DNA of 60,743 bases, the filler included, from Sphacelaria rigidula (Eukaryota): NCBI GenBank assembly GCA_964200075.2. It is 7 parts of 7 records of this genome, joined end to end, with 100 filler letters (N's around TTAATTAATTAA, not from the genome) between each part and the next. Parts side by side here need not be neighbours in the genome. Positions count along the whole stretch, not along the records: positions 1 to 8,592 come from CAXNAA020010658.1; positions 8,693 to 17,284 come from CAXNAA020010659.1; 5 more parts are not named here. One strand, 5' to 3'. The position numbers and the translations under genes are program-made. Shown here piece after piece: positions 1 to 12,790 of this stretch. Each line of letters starts with the position of its first letter. Positions within the stretch are counted from its first letter, which is position 1. The notes beneath the pieces were generated by a model, which was given only the letters and a program-made list of their open reading frames with translations, searched no databases and was not told the origin of the DNA.

Positions 1-142
1 GGCAAGCAACAAATGAGTACGCCCCCCCCCCCAAATAAATAAACAAATAAAGAAAGAGAATCGGGATTTGATTGGCTCATAGCCCTTGGTCGACGGCTGA
101 TGTCGTCAACGGCTCTTTGGAAAGTAGGGAGTGTTGGACATG

Positions 143-398
143 GGAGCAATGCTAGGGTAGGGGTGCACTTTTTGCGCGAAATTTTGTCTGGTTCAGAGGC
201 TGCTAACGATTCTATATTGCACAAGAATAAGAGTCAGGGCACATTCCCTGCAAATCCATTCGGGGTATATCTAGCACATTGGAATAGTAATCCTGGTGTA
301 CTCTCACAATTTCATTAGTGGGTATTTGGATGAGATACAGGGCTCCTAACAATTATAACCTCAAAAACTGTTTGTGCACCCCTGCGGTAGCATCACTC
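143..398. mobile_element. MITE family A (PIF/Harbinger-like), copy 1
   Basis: Imperfect TIRs GAGCAATGCTAGGGTAGGGGTGCAC...GTGCACCCCTGCGGTAGCATCACTC; 3-bp flanking duplication ATG (140-142/399-401); interior matches the reverse complement of copies at 14636 and 30596. Confidence 0.8.
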
Positions 399-936
399 AT
401 GGTTGATGTCACCCGATGATGAATCGCTATTTTAGTAAGAAGAGTGTTCGAGGGAAATTAAGTGCTAATAATGCTCCATTAGCGGAAGCATACATCACGG
501 AACGAACTGAATCTTGGTCGGTTGCTTTGGTAGATCGAAACAAAAGGTGTCAGACATGACGTCGTCAACGACTAGTAACCCGGCAGTTGTATGGAAAGTA
601 ATGGTGTCCGCCCTTGCGACAACTATGACACTGTTTGCATGACATTGAGAGTCTAGGATACGATTGATGAGAGTGAGAAGCGGTTAACTAATGAATGAAA
701 TAGTTTCAGTTCCGAAGTGCACCCCCCGGGCTTCACAGTATACGAGGCCTGATACGCTTTCTTCGGTAGCTTGCCACTGAAGACTTTATTACCGACGAGT
801 AACCATAAGCAAACGACAAACAAGGTTTTCGTGAGATCGAGGGTTGAAGATCCAATTGAGAACGACAAGTCTATTCGAACGGCGCTAACGGGGACCTTTT
901 CAATTGTTCCACGACCCTTTGGGTTGTAGTGTAATA

Positions 937-1145
937 GAGGTATCTCAAAATTGGCTCCCGGTATCCTGGTTTGTCTTGTTCCATTTTTTCAAGTGAGAGT
1001 GATGCCGACCCATAAGATGATGAGACCCGTTGACCGCCGGGTCAGGTCCTCCTATGAATCGCGATCACTTTCACTTGGAAAAGTAGTACACAACTCAGAG
1101 CCAACGAATAAACCAGGATACCGGGAGCAGAGTTTGAGATACCTC
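937..1145. mobile_element. MITE with ~36-bp TIRs
   Basis: GAGGTATCTCAAA..GCTCCCGGTATCCTGGTTT mirrored by AAACCAGGATACCGGGAGC..TTTGAGATACCTC; TA on both flanks. Confidence 0.7.
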
Positions 1146-2010
1146 TAACAAGAGGCTAGTTGATCCTTGGAACAAACCTACTCAAAATTTGAGTAGAGTA
1201 TTTGTTGCTCCGTTCCCCGTCCCCCAACGAAGGCCATGACCGGTCTTGTCGATACGGCGAGGGGAGGGTATTCTCGGCGAGTGTTGGACCGAAATCACCT
1301 TCAATGAGTGTTTCCTTCTCACTACTACCCTTGGCCAAGGCTGTGGTGTGGTGGTAGAGTTGAGTCAACACGGTGCTCATCAGGCACACCCACCCCTGTT
1401 GTCGTGCAGTGGTATGATATGATACAAGCTGAGTGCGGGCATATCCTTGGTTACAAGCAGTATGATGTGACAACACCCTGAGTACGGGCATGTTGGGATA
1501 CGGTGTGTGCGCGGAGGAAGTTGGCACCGCTGTCGAAAGCTGGCACGCACACCCTCGACAAAAAGGAGCGTGTGCCGGTGTGCAGACTGCCTTCGGCGAC
1601 AAGGATGGTTAGGTCTGGTTGAGCCTCCTGGACGAGACACTACATACCAGTACCAGAGTGCGTAATGAAGAGCAGCAGACCTAAAGAAATGTTCGTACAC
1701 AATGGCTGACAGGGATGACCACAAGATTTTAGACTCGATAAAATTCTGAAATATATATGGTTTGGGCCAGGTGAGCAGTGGACCAACCTCGCCCAGAACC
1801 TGTTTTTGTCGACATCGCCGTTTTAGGCGACGATTTGAAGTCTGCCAACGCACACTTGGCCTAGGGGAATCTATGCACCCCCCTCGCCTGAGGGTCTCAT
1901 GCGCCATGGGTCGGGGTTGGGGTTAGGGCTCGTGTTTGTTTTAGTTTGTAACATCCCATGATGTTCTCCATCAACTGTTATCTATGGACATATTTTTAGC
2001 TCCCCTCCCT

Positions 2011-2075
2011 TTGACCGCGAGGGTAGGTAGGTCACCTGCTGAATCGGCATCAATATTAACTTGAAAAGAGTATGT
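2011..2075 (+). repeat. dispersed repeat, also at ~60675-60730
   Basis: GTAGGTCACCTGCTGAATCGGCATCAATATT(A/C)ACTTG is shared with the end of the window; a nearby 21-bp tandem duplication lies at 2118-2159. Confidence 0.7.
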
Positions 2076-2381
2076 GTCATCCAGATAGACTACCCGCACC
2101 GCGGTCGAAGGGTTAACGCGAACGACCATCGTACACCTGCGAACGACCATCGTACACCTGTACCAGCTACTTGGAATCACCATGCCGTTTGTGTGTGCAA
2201 CCATTATATAATATAGAGCCCAACGACGGCTTATAAAATAATCGGAACCAATAAAAATCCAATCCTTGGGAGCCGGAGTGTAAAATATTCTAAAATTGGA
2301 AACACTGAGGAGGGTGAGCATTCGATTCTTGAGAGTGGTACCCGACCGGCAGGGTACCATCTTATTGGACAGTCATCTGGC

Positions 2382-2658
2382 TGTGACGAAAGTACGCCGA
2401 TACCTTGAGTTGGTAGTGATGACCTGGATAATGCCCGGGGGCATGGGGATTCTGGAGGATTCTGGGAGGGTTGTGGATAATGACCGGGGACACGGGGATG
2501 ATACCCTGAGGGTCTAGGAGACTGTGCCTAAAATAGCACTCCGATAATGAAATGTTGTAAAGCCTGACAACTGAAACTGAGGCCAGTGAGACTGGGGAGT
2601 CCCTCAACAGCAGTGATCCACCAGCTGCTCTTCTGGCTGGCGTCACAATATCGATATT
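2382..2658 (+). repeat. 5' LTR
   Basis: TGTGACG...CGTCACA (ends 2647) followed by ATATCGATATT; direct repeat of 7609-7884. Confidence 0.92.
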
Positions 2659-2685
2659 AGTGCTAGAGCTAGTACCTAGCGGAAC

Positions 2686-5600
2686 ATGCTGGAGGAATTT
2701 CAGCGGAAGACTCTGGTAGCTGTGGACAACCTGATTCACCACGGACGCGTGGAAGGGGTTCGAGTTGAGGTAATCGGCAGAAAGGCGGTTGACCTGTGGT
2801 TGATCCACACTGGAGACTTGCTGAAACTGCGTGCAGCGGGAGTTTGGAGGCTCCTACGACTGTGTGGTGCGCCGACGAAGCAAGGGTGAAGTGTGCAATT
2901 CGCGACGGTCCGCTGGCCTGCGAAAAATTCGCAGGTAGCCGGCTGCAGCTATGGCGACCGGCTCGCGTAGTACGTCCAGCGTGACGCCCGTGGTTATGCG
3001 GGAATAGTTGCGACCTCCCCAATACAGGGATAGGTACTCCGAGAGTGTATCTCGCAATTTCTGTACCAAGTACGCGGAGTACAGAAAGCGTGTGGAGCAC
3101 GCAAACACAGGGGGTGCAGTGCGATATCAGGTAGTGTCGGTTGCTGACCAGGTGCCGACTCATGTGCAAAGAGTGTTCGCTCGTGTGGAACATGATGAGA
3201 GCACAACAACCCGCCGCAATCGGTTTCGGCGATCAAAAAGCATGCTGGGCATGCAGCGGGTGCCGAGGTGGAGTTGACCCGAGCATCCGCGGCCGTGGCG
3301 AAAGCTGTCGCCATGGAGGCTCGGGTAAAGATTATGCTAGAGCGGGTGGAGCCAATCCTGTCCAATCTGGAGAAATACTTCTCTGAAAACCCGAACGTGG
3401 AACTAGTATATCGTTCCCCCGATGGTGAATTTATTCCCGGCCCGGCTGCCGTAATCACCAAGGCTTTGGTTAAGGGTTTAACGCCGGGTGACTTCAAGCA
3501 AGCCGCGCTTGTTAAGTTGCAGCACGAAACAGATTGAACGGCCGACCCTTACCTGGTGATGGACACCGTCGTGGCCGAGGCCAAGGAGTGGCGGAAGATA
3601 GAGGTGTTCGGCCAGTCGTCCACCTCCACGCCGAAGTCTTTGCGCCACAACGGCTCGAGATCGGCCGACCACGCAGCGAGCATCACCTGCCATCGCTGTG
3701 GCCAGGTCGGCCATTACGCGCGCGATTGCCCAATGTCTTCCGGTGGAGAGTCTGGGCAGTCTCATGCCGCGCGCCATCAGCATTGCCAGCACATAGGCAA
3801 AGGACGAGGTGATCGGGGTGGTGGCGGCGGCGGATCCTCCGGCGGTGGAGGATCGCAGTCGAGTTCTCAGCAGCAGCAGCAGCAGCAGCAGCAGTAGCAG
3901 CAGGGGCAGCGGCGTCAGCATGGGTCTGGTTCTGGATCCGGCGCAGCCGTAGGTGCTGCTGCTCCGCAACGGGCGGTGCAGGTAGAACCGACTTCCACAG
4001 TGTCGAACACTGCGCCGGTGCCGGCGGTGGCGCCGGCGGTGACGCCGGCAGCAGCACTAGGCGCGACGGCTGCTATGCACTGGTCGGAGGTTCGCCAAAT
4101 TCTTGGTCTGCTGGCTGGGGGTCGTACCCGCCGGCGGTGCCGTTTGAACCTACCGGGGTGTCTTCGCCGGCACAGCTTGCGCAGCCGTGGTGTCGAGTGG
4201 AAGTAATGGCGCATCGATCAGCGGATTGAGTGCTAGTGAAGTTTGCGGACAGATACGTTCCTGCGGAGCTGTGTCTTCCAAATCAACGGGAGCGTAGAGT
4301 CATTGCGGTTGGAGATGTGTTTGATTCTGGCGCCCACTTCACGAGTTTGTCGGTGCAGATTGTAGAGGTGCTGAAGCATCTTCTCCCGGGTATGCTACGC
4401 ATTCCGTTTTCGCTCGGGGCGCGGCAGTCCGTCACCGCGTCGGGTCAGCATGTTTCTGTCACGGAGCGTACTGTTCCGCTGCAGCTGGCTTACAGGACTG
4501 TCTGGGGATCGGCACCGTTGCCTCCGATCTCGTTTGCGATCATGCCGGGGTCGGATGGCGTCATTCTTCTGGGGTTGCCGACGCTTCAGGATCTTGGAGT
4601 CGACCCGTATTAGCGGTTGTGGAGCTCCATCAAGACGCTTATGTCTCCGCCTGGTCCGCACGCGAAGACGCCCGCCTTTTTGCGCAGTCGCCGCGTGAGC
4701 TTGGCGGTGGGTGCTTTTCATGGAGCTGGGCGGCAGGTGACCGAGGAGCGGGATGAGGCGGTGGAACGCTTGGTGGAGCGCAGGCCGGAGATGTTCATGG
4801 ATCCGGCGAAAGAGGAGTCCGCGCGGAAGGTCACGCTGGAGGAGATCGTGACGGATGCTGTGGCGAAAGACCTCAGCGTCTCAAAAGCGGAGCGCCTACG
4901 CGGAATGTTGCATCGCCGCGTCAAAACGTTTCGTCGTGCACTACAGGGTGATTCCCCTGCGCGCGTGGAGCCCATGCGTGTTCAGCTGAAACCTGGGGCG
5001 TCCGCGGTGAAGATGACGCCGCGGCGGTACGATCCGGTGAAGTCGAGCTGGTTGGCGTCGTGCATGGCGGCTCTTTTGGCGCCCGGGTAGGTTCGGGACC
5101 TGGCAGGCGGTGTGGTCCAGTCCGGCTATGGCGGTTCCGAAGAAGGACCCGTTTCACCTGGTAAGCAACTACAAGGCCGTGAATGAGTAGGTTGAGAAGT
5201 CTCCGAGTGTGATGTCCAACCAAGAGTTGGACATGCGTGACTTGTTGAGGGCTTGGTTTTTGGCAAGCTGGACCTCCTCCAAGGTTACTGGCAGATACCG
5301 TTGGCGGGGGAGGCGTAGGAAATTTTCACAATCACGACTCCGTTTGGCTTGTTTACCCCGAGGCGAGTGCCGCAAGGTGTGCTGAATGCCATAGCGTATT
5401 TTCAAGGCATCATGACAGAAAATCTCGTCGTCTTCAAATGCAAGATATAGGTGGATGATGTGTTTTTTTCGCGGACACGGAAGACGAATTTCCAGACACG
5501 CTTGATGCTATCTTGGCTCGTTCAGAGAGTGTTGGTTTGTTTGCGGCTGCGCACAAATGTACTTTCTTCGCTAGTAAACTCATGTGGTGTGGGAAAGTGT

Positions 5601-7534
5601 GCTCACACGGACGCGTATCTCATGACCCTGTCAGATTGCAAGTCTTGTCTGACATGCGGCGCCCGGAGACGGCCGCAGAACTCATGCAATTCCTGCAGGG
5701 CGTGAATTGGCTGCGTACCTCGCTGCCGCGTATGACAGAAATCGTAGCTCCCTTACGTTTTTTCCTCGAAGAACTCATGGCGGGTGCTGCGTCGAAGGCG
5801 TTGGCGCAAGATTTGGAGGGTTGGAAAGGTGTTTTTGGCCAGTATCGTCACCCGATTTGCCATACTTCGGGTGACCGTAACGCGTGGGGTGACTTGCTTT
5901 CGCGTTGGATGAATATTCCGGCTTTGCCTGTGCGCGCTGTGGCTGTGTACGATCCGTGTGAACCTGATGACTTGATGCCGTCCAAACATGTTGTCTGCCA
6001 AGCGCAACGGAAAGATCTTGGGGCCGAAGATGCGGATGTGCAATCTTTCGAGCCGGACGTTGGTACTGCTATCTTGGATAATGAAGGTCTGTCTCGCGTG
6101 CATGTGCGTGGTCGAAACGTTTTGTGGATTCCGAGCTCTGACAAGTAGTTGCAGGTACATCTGATGAGTTGCGCGCACATGCGCGACGCCGGGCATCGTA
6201 GTGTGGCTGCGACGCTCGTGGGCTTGCAAGAGTTTTGTGTCTGGCAGGTGATAGAAACTCATGTGCGCGAATTTGTCCGTCGGTGTCTTCACTGTGCTGA
6301 TTCGAGGGCGGGTGATGTTGTTCCCCGCCCGCTCGGCGAAACGGTCCATGGGACCATGCCAAATAAAGTCGTTCATTTTGACTTCTTGTACGTGGGCGAG
6401 AGTGGCCCGCTAGCTTCTCGAGGTTTGTCGGAGGATGCTGGGTTTTGAAACATTTTGGTAATCGTGGATGATTTGAGCAACTTCGTGTCTCTGAAACCAG
6501 TATATAGCAGTGTGTACTGCTGAATCGACTGCTGCATCTTTGCTGAATTGGTGCAAAACTTTGGGGGTGTCGCGTGTGTGGGTGAGTGATACCTCGACGC
6601 ATTTCAAGAATGCGATCTTGGCCCGATTGCGAGAGGCTTTGCACGTTGATCACCAGTCTGCGGTGGCATATTCTCCGTGGTCTAACGGTACGTGCGAACG
6701 TATGGGCAAGGGAGTAGTTCGTGCTCTTTGCTCTGTTTGTTTCTAGCAGCGTAGAACGGTTTCCGAGTGGGTGGACGTATTGCCTGCGGTGCAATGGGTG
6801 CTCAATACAGCGTATTGCCGCCGTTACGATAGTACGCCATACAACGTGATATTTGGTCGTGCTCCTCGGACGTCTTTCTCGGTGTTGCATCTTCGGCGGC
6901 GGGGGAATGGAATTTTGAAGTGTTCGATGATGGTCAAATTAAGCGTACGTTGCAAAGCGTTTTGGACTTGCAAGAACGTGTCCACGTTCAAGTGCAGGAA
7001 CGTGTTGCCGCTGAACGTGCGCGTAGATATGACGGGTCCTTGTCGGGGCTGGAACTGCCGAATTTCGAGATAGGCGACTATGTCTTGTATGCACGCGTGC
7101 GTCGTCTGGGCGTTACGCCGAAATTGACGGCGACGTGGACTGGTCCGTGGAGAGTGGTTGGTGCTCACCACGCGCACGTGTTTGATATACAGAATGCTGT
7201 TTCGGGTCGTGTTCAGACCGCCCATGCAACTCATTTGCGTTTTTATGCAGACTCGCAGCTTAATGTTACGGCTGACGTTAAGGACGTGTTCCAGCATGCT
7301 CTCAATTAGGCCCAATTTTAAATGGCTGGTATTGTCCGAGTGGCAGAAGTAGACAATCGTTCGTTGATCGTGTTGGTCGACTGGGTTGGTCCCGAAGTTG
7401 AGGAGCGTTAGCGGGTACCTTTCAAGGATATTTTTGGGATCGCTCCGGAATTTCTGACGAAGGAGCTGTGTAAATTGCGAGTGACTCGTGCCGTTGCTGC
7501 TCGCATCACGCGTGAGTTTGGTATTCAGTTGTGA
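2686..7534 (+). pseudogene. gag-pol polyprotein, disrupted by stops and frameshifts
   Basis: Zn knuckle CHRCGQVGHYARDC; aspartic protease VFDSGA; RT motifs LDLLQGYWQ, RVPQGVLNA, VDD; integrase HMRDAGH..CLHC, VHFDFL, WVSD, WSNGTCERM; WTGPWRV; C-terminal VLVDWVG.. Confidence 0.92.
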
Positions 7535-7608
7535 CTTGCTCATCGTTCTGACGTTTTCCATGTGTCAAGTTTGTTGATCGATTTTCGTCCAACGCGCTTT
7601 GGGGGTGC

Positions 7609-7884
7609 TGTGACGGAAATACTCCGTTGCGTTGAGTTGGTAGTGATGACCTGGATAATGACCGGGGGCACGGGAATTCTGGTGGATTCTGGAAGGATTC
7701 TGGACAATGACCGGAAACACAGGGATGATACCCTACGGGTCTAGGAGGCTGTGTCTACAAGAGCACTCCGATAGTGAGATGTTGTAAAGGCTGACAACTT
7801 AAACTGAGGCCAGTGAGACTGGGAAGTCCCTCAACAGCAGTGATCCACCAGTTCTTCTTCCGGCTGGCGTCACATATCGATATT
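7609..7884 (+). repeat. 3' LTR
   Basis: TGTGACG...CGTCACA (ends 7874) followed by TATCGATATT; preceded by TTTGGGGGTGC. Confidence 0.92.
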
Positions 7885-8279
7885 TGGCTGAAACTTTACT
7901 AGAATGTCGTTGACGCGAGTGCCCGTATATGTGTTGGAGCGTTGTCATGGTTTTTATCATTTTTGAAGAAGTTATAGCATTTTCCCTGTTTTTGCTGAAA
8001 CTTCAACTCGCTCCGATTCCCTGTTTTTTTTTCATTCCCCCTGCACCCCCAATGGGGTTACGCGGCTTGATGACGAAAATATCATGTCAAAATTTCAGCG
8101 CGTAACTCTTCGAATTACCAATGGCATCTCCACTCTTCGTTCAAAAATCACTGTCAGCTGGCCCAGCTCATACGAGTGTGCATTGTGGCAGCTGCAGGAT
8201 TATTCTAGATGTTTGTGTATGGTCATCGCACCTATTATTCTGGACGCCAGCTTACACCATTTAGAGCACAGAGGGCCCC

Positions 8280-8350
8280 CGCTGACAACCTCGCATCCCT
8301 ACAAAGCCGGGACGGAGCACGCCGGGTTTTCGCCGGACCAGGCTCGCTGA
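8280..8350 (+). repeat. high-copy dispersed repeat (CCTACAAAGCCGGGACGGAGCACGCCGGG)
   Basis: Also at 52153-52200 (+), ~14490-14580 (-) and 43461-43520 (-); an associated segment at ~8800-8980 matches 52220-52400 in reverse; often at contig ends. Confidence 0.75.
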
Positions 8351-8592
8351 GGGGGGAAGGGAGGGGTAGGGGGGCGGGGGGGGGGCAACCAGCCGTGTGT
8401 CCCCTGTTTTTTTGCCGAAGCGTTGGCGGATGCGGTCAGCTGCCGTAGACATTAGAGATCCTTATACACTATATATGATATATGATATTTGTCGTGAAGA
8501 CGCATATTAGTCTGTTGATGCTGCTTCAGATCCGTCGTCGATTCTAGCCATGGCGTTCCGGAGACCACAGGTCTGTTCAGAGTTGGTCAGAT

Positions 8593-8692
8593 NNNNNNNN
8601 NNNNNNNNNNNNNNNNNNNNNNNNNNNNNNNNNNNNTTAATTAATTAANNNNNNNNNNNNNNNNNNNNNNNNNNNNNNNNNNNNNNNNNNNN
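8593..8692. other. artificial contig linker (N44-TTAATTAATTAA-N44)
   Basis: Identical 100-bp linkers at 8593, 17285, 25977, 34669, 43361 and 52053; the core places stops in all six frames. Confidence 0.98.
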
Positions 8693-9939
8693 AAAGGGAG
8701 AAACGCAGGGTACCAACCTTTTCCAAAAGACCCTTTCTACGATACCCCCCCCCCCCCAAAAGTGGAATGAATACGCCCCCCCCCCCAAAAAAAAAAAGTG
8801 GCTAGTTTGCGGAAGCAAGCACGTAAGTCGAAATACGAGAAGCCAAGCACAAAGCAGCTGGGAATTCCCACGCATGGGTTCATTTTCGCCGATGTCACCC
8901 ATATGAGGCGCGTCATGCAGCCTGAAACCAAACATCAGGTGCTGTATGACCATTTTTTTCGTGACAGTTTTGGGCTAGAATTGGGGAGGGTCTATCGTAG
9001 AAGGTGTCAAAGAAAAGGGCTGGCCTCCCACAGATAGGAGTAACTTAAAGTGAGTTGAAATATTATCGCGTGAAGCGCGATTATGGCTGAGCGTTTGAAA
9101 ATCGCCTCTCAACAAAAATCGACGACCCACCCGAAATCAGGGGAAGAACTATCGCATGGGACATGCCCTGTATCATTGTGCTGCAGCACAAACACACTCA
9201 TGCGCTGTCTCGTGTGCTGTAGCTGTCGCTGCGCGGTGGTGTCTTCAGGCCTTTGTGAAGACGGTTTGATCTCCGCTGGAACTGCCTGAGTTGCTTGAGA
9301 TTGTCACTGCGTTCGTCTCTATGGAAAATAATGTCGGGATGCAGTTCTGTCTACGTACTCTTAAATCTTTATGGTGTGTTGGCTGCGTCGTCTGGAGTCA
9401 AACGAACAAGCCGCTTCCCAAACCTATCATTTCTATGCTGTAGTTGTCGCAATGCTGTTGTAAATTGAAGCACTCTATGATGAGCACGGTGCGATGTGCG
9501 CTGGAGAGTGCCTGAACAGTTGTACTGCATGCCATGTTTCGTTTTGCACAAAATTGGGGTGGCATCAAAGTGCTGTCCAAACAGAGGTTGAAACAATCAC
9601 GTGACGGCTGTGCGGCTATCTGTTGCGTCTTCTCTGGTACTTCAGTTATTATCGGGTACTGTGATCGGGGAAGACACGTTACGCAGGTGCATGCAGGTTG
9701 GGATAAACAAACTGAGCCAGCACGGAGCTGCTGTATTCTCGGGGATCGATGTGTGGGCCAATCAGAGCTATTTGACCACTCAATTCACACTCGATTCTCT
9801 CATCTAATTGAAGAAAGGCGTCGCATTTTTATCTACTGAGAGGCTCTGATAGATCGAAAATCCTTGCCAGAGAAAATTCTTGCCCCTATCTGTGGGCCCC
9901 GTGCAGAGAACACAAACAAAAACTTACACAAATCGTATC

Positions 9940-10566
9940 ATTGTGACGTCTTCAAAAAATGAGTCACGTCACGTCACGCTGTTGTTACGTGACGTTTGTG
10001 ACGTGTAACGATAAGTGCCCTGATTTTGATGACGTATGCACACTCTTCTGGAACCCACGATTGATTGACTGATTGATTGTCGCACTTTAACTGACCCCCC
10101 AGGGGTCCAGCTGTGATCTCATGATGGACGTACTCGAGAAAAACGGAATTCACACACGCTCTAAGGAAAAAAAAAACAGAAAAAAAAGAAGAAGAAAATA
10201 CCCATGTATCATGTTATATCATATATGCATGTATGTACATGTATGTGCCCAAGAATCTGACACTATTTGTGGTACAATTTAAGCGTGTGAAGTTGGTGAC
10301 GTTCATTTAGGCGTCACAAACACGTAACGTGTAAACTACGTTACACATCACAAGAAACGTTTCAAAATACGTTGATATGACGTCTCAATGATAATACGTC
10401 ACGTCACGCCATGTCACACGTTTTGACCGTCACGTCACGTCGCATCACGTCATATTTAAGACGTCTTGAAGATTATACGTCACGTCACGTCACGTCACAC
10501 CGTTGTGACGTGACGTGACGTGACGTGACGTGTAGCGAACGTGTGACGTGTAACGTAAAGAGCCCT
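9940..10566. repeat. (ACGTC)n/(GACGT)n-rich repeat element
   Basis: Runs of ACGTCACGTC and GTGACGTGACG; related right ends ...GTGTAACG..GCCCT at ~10021 and 10566; interrupted by a (GATT)n-tailed retroposon end at ~10058-10200. Confidence 0.6.
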
Positions 10567-10944
10567 GGAAATATACTATTATTACATCTGGTACATTCTA
10601 CAACAAACCTGTGACTGACGTTACTGTAGATCTGTACACACGGTCACAACAACAGGAGGATAAAAGCTGCTGCTCGTGTTGTTAGTGTGCCACTCTTGTT
10701 GCAGTATGTTGTTGTGCCGATCTTCCAACCCTGTTATCTCGGCAACGAAGCAGAGGATTGGATTGCGGTTTCTTGCGTGCGCTCCCCACACACCCAATCT
10801 AGGTCAAGACGTTACGCGATTGCCTTCGCTCGTGATACTAAGCCGCGACAAACCCAAATATACAAAAAAGAAAGTAAGGTGGTTTTCAGCGTCTGGGGAT
10901 CTTGCGGTCCGCTGTGGCCAATTGAGCAAAGGGTGTAACGTCTT

Positions 10945-12790
10945 GACCTAGCTGTTGTGTGTAAGCCGGGGGCTGTCAAGTGCCGCGGGCCAGCTTGCTT
11001 CCGTTGTCGAGAAACTCGCGATAAAAAGTGCTGCAGCTGTCGCATACTAGACCAACTTGATGAGGAATGAAGCGTGTGTTCTGTTCGTGTTCTGCCCGGC
11101 AGAGGTGCGACCACCTGATGACGGGTTGATTATTCCTCCGTGTTTTTTTTCTTGTAGAACGTTTTTTGGTCTTGAGGCCCCTCATTCCGACCCATAACAG
11201 TTCATTGATCGGGAGCTTCGCCTTGGAACAATTTCGGGGGTGGATGATCCAGTTACATCGGCTCCACGCTTTTACGAAGCACTTCCAGGCCTGGCCAATA
11301 CCGCTGTCGACGTCAGTGGTAACATCGCCGATGCTGTTGATGGTGCCGCTGAGATAGACGAAATACCCCACTTGCTTGCACCTTTGGCCTGCCGTCTCCA
11401 CCTCATCTACATTCGCTTTCACGTTTGGGAAGCGCGTGTGTATGAGACTCGGTTGAGATCACGACGCGATGATGCCACGTCGTCGGCGTGCAGCATGGCC
11501 CAAAGCACCTTGCAATGCACGTCCCTGGTGTTCCCACCCCTGGTGGCGATGCGAATGAAGTAATCCACCGCAGCTTACCGATCGAGAAGCGGTCAAATGT
11601 CACCCTCACCATCACCACAAAGAAGATGCTGAACACCTGGGCAATCCCACAGCCTTGGCAGAGGCCCTGGTCAACGTCAAGATACTCTGAAGTCTCGCCG
11701 CTGTCAAGGCGCCCGCACGCCCGGATGCCATCGTGGAACTGGCTGATGATGAAAATCATCTTGACGGAGACGCCGCATCGTGCGAGCACCTTCCAGACAG
11801 GAGTGTGGTCGACTGAGTCGTACGCCTTCTGGAGGTCGATGAAGCACATGTACAGCGCAAGATTATTCTCTCTGGCCAGTTTTTGAAGTCTGCGCACAAC
11901 GTACATCATGTCGACCGTCGACCAGCGGGGTCGGAAATCGCGCTGAGCTTCTGGGAGGACTCTCTTCCATTCGCAATAACCGCGAGGCAAATCGCAGCTA
12001 TATTGAGAACCACCTTGTCCTCGTGGAACCCTAGGGAGATGCCTCGGTAATCGCCACATTCGTGCGAGTCCTTTTTCTTGAACAGCATGATGACAGCGTC
12101 TTTCCATTCGTGAGTCATCCTGCGATAGGGGGGGGCAGGGGTATTTTGGACCATTTCTTCCACGAAATTCCACTTCAAATCACAGTCGAAAGCAGCAACC
12201 AACTGTTGTTCGAATGCCCCTGTTACCGATAAATAACACTCACTCATCCCGCTTGACACCGGTTTCCCCCAAATACAAGCGTACCACGAGTGTGTGTGTC
12301 AGATCGTCGAACACACCTGTGCGTCCATTTTTACGTGGAATCAATCCCCGTCTCGAAAGGGATGCGTGGTCAATCGTCGAACGACTAAGGCAAGCAACAA
12401 ATAAGTACGCCCCCTCACCCCTGTCGTAGAATCACTATCCCGTGGCACTACTTCCAGACGCCACACTGCAAGCAGGGGGTTGTGGAGGCTCTGCAGTGTG
12501 GCAGAGTCCTCGGTGAGGCCGAGCTTGAATAGTTCGTCACACAGGTCGTCAGTCCTAGCCTTGCTGTTTGCCAGCTTGGCCGGTGCTTCCTTCACTTCTT
12601 CCATCGAGGGCTTGGCCGCGAGCGCTGCGTCCCCCGGCATCTGTTCGATGGCATCGATGGCAAACTTCCAAGGACTTGATGTGCTGGTATGTATCATTAC
12701 CTTGTTCTTGCTGCGGGGTAACTCTGCTGTCCTGGCGGTGGACTCACAATATTTGTACTACTACCTTGTTCCTCTGGTATCGTCGGTGTA
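10945..12790 (-). mobile_element. RTE-type non-LTR retrotransposon, decayed RT
   Basis: WKDA..FKKKD..CGDYRGISL; FRP..STVDMMYVVRRLQ; FIDLQKAYDSVD; QGLCQGC; HADD; FVYLSGTI; frameshifted; interrupted at ~12130-12425 by the 3' end of another LINE in opposite orientation. Confidence 0.9.

Larger units (their letters stand above)
2382..7884 (+). mobile_element. Ty3/Gypsy LTR retrotransposon with both LTRs, decayed, with chromodomain-like integrase tail
   Basis: Paired LTRs (2382-~2658, 7609-~7884, roughly 85-90% identical by eye); internal order gag-PR-RT-(RH)-IN; short G-tract before the 3' LTR; TGGC on both flanks. Confidence 0.95.

Noticed and set aside
3868-3903. Programmed gag-pol stop readthrough at TAG 3895-3897
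   Set aside because: The TAG sits inside a CAG run and is most simply a C-to-T change in an element with many other stops.
5753-7561. Long antisense ORFs (207, 273 and 245 aa)
   Set aside because: They are shadows of the retrotransposon pol frame with no motifs of their own.
8637-8648. TTAATTAATTAA as a biological motif
   Set aside because: It is always embedded in N-runs at fixed spacing, so it is an artificial linker.
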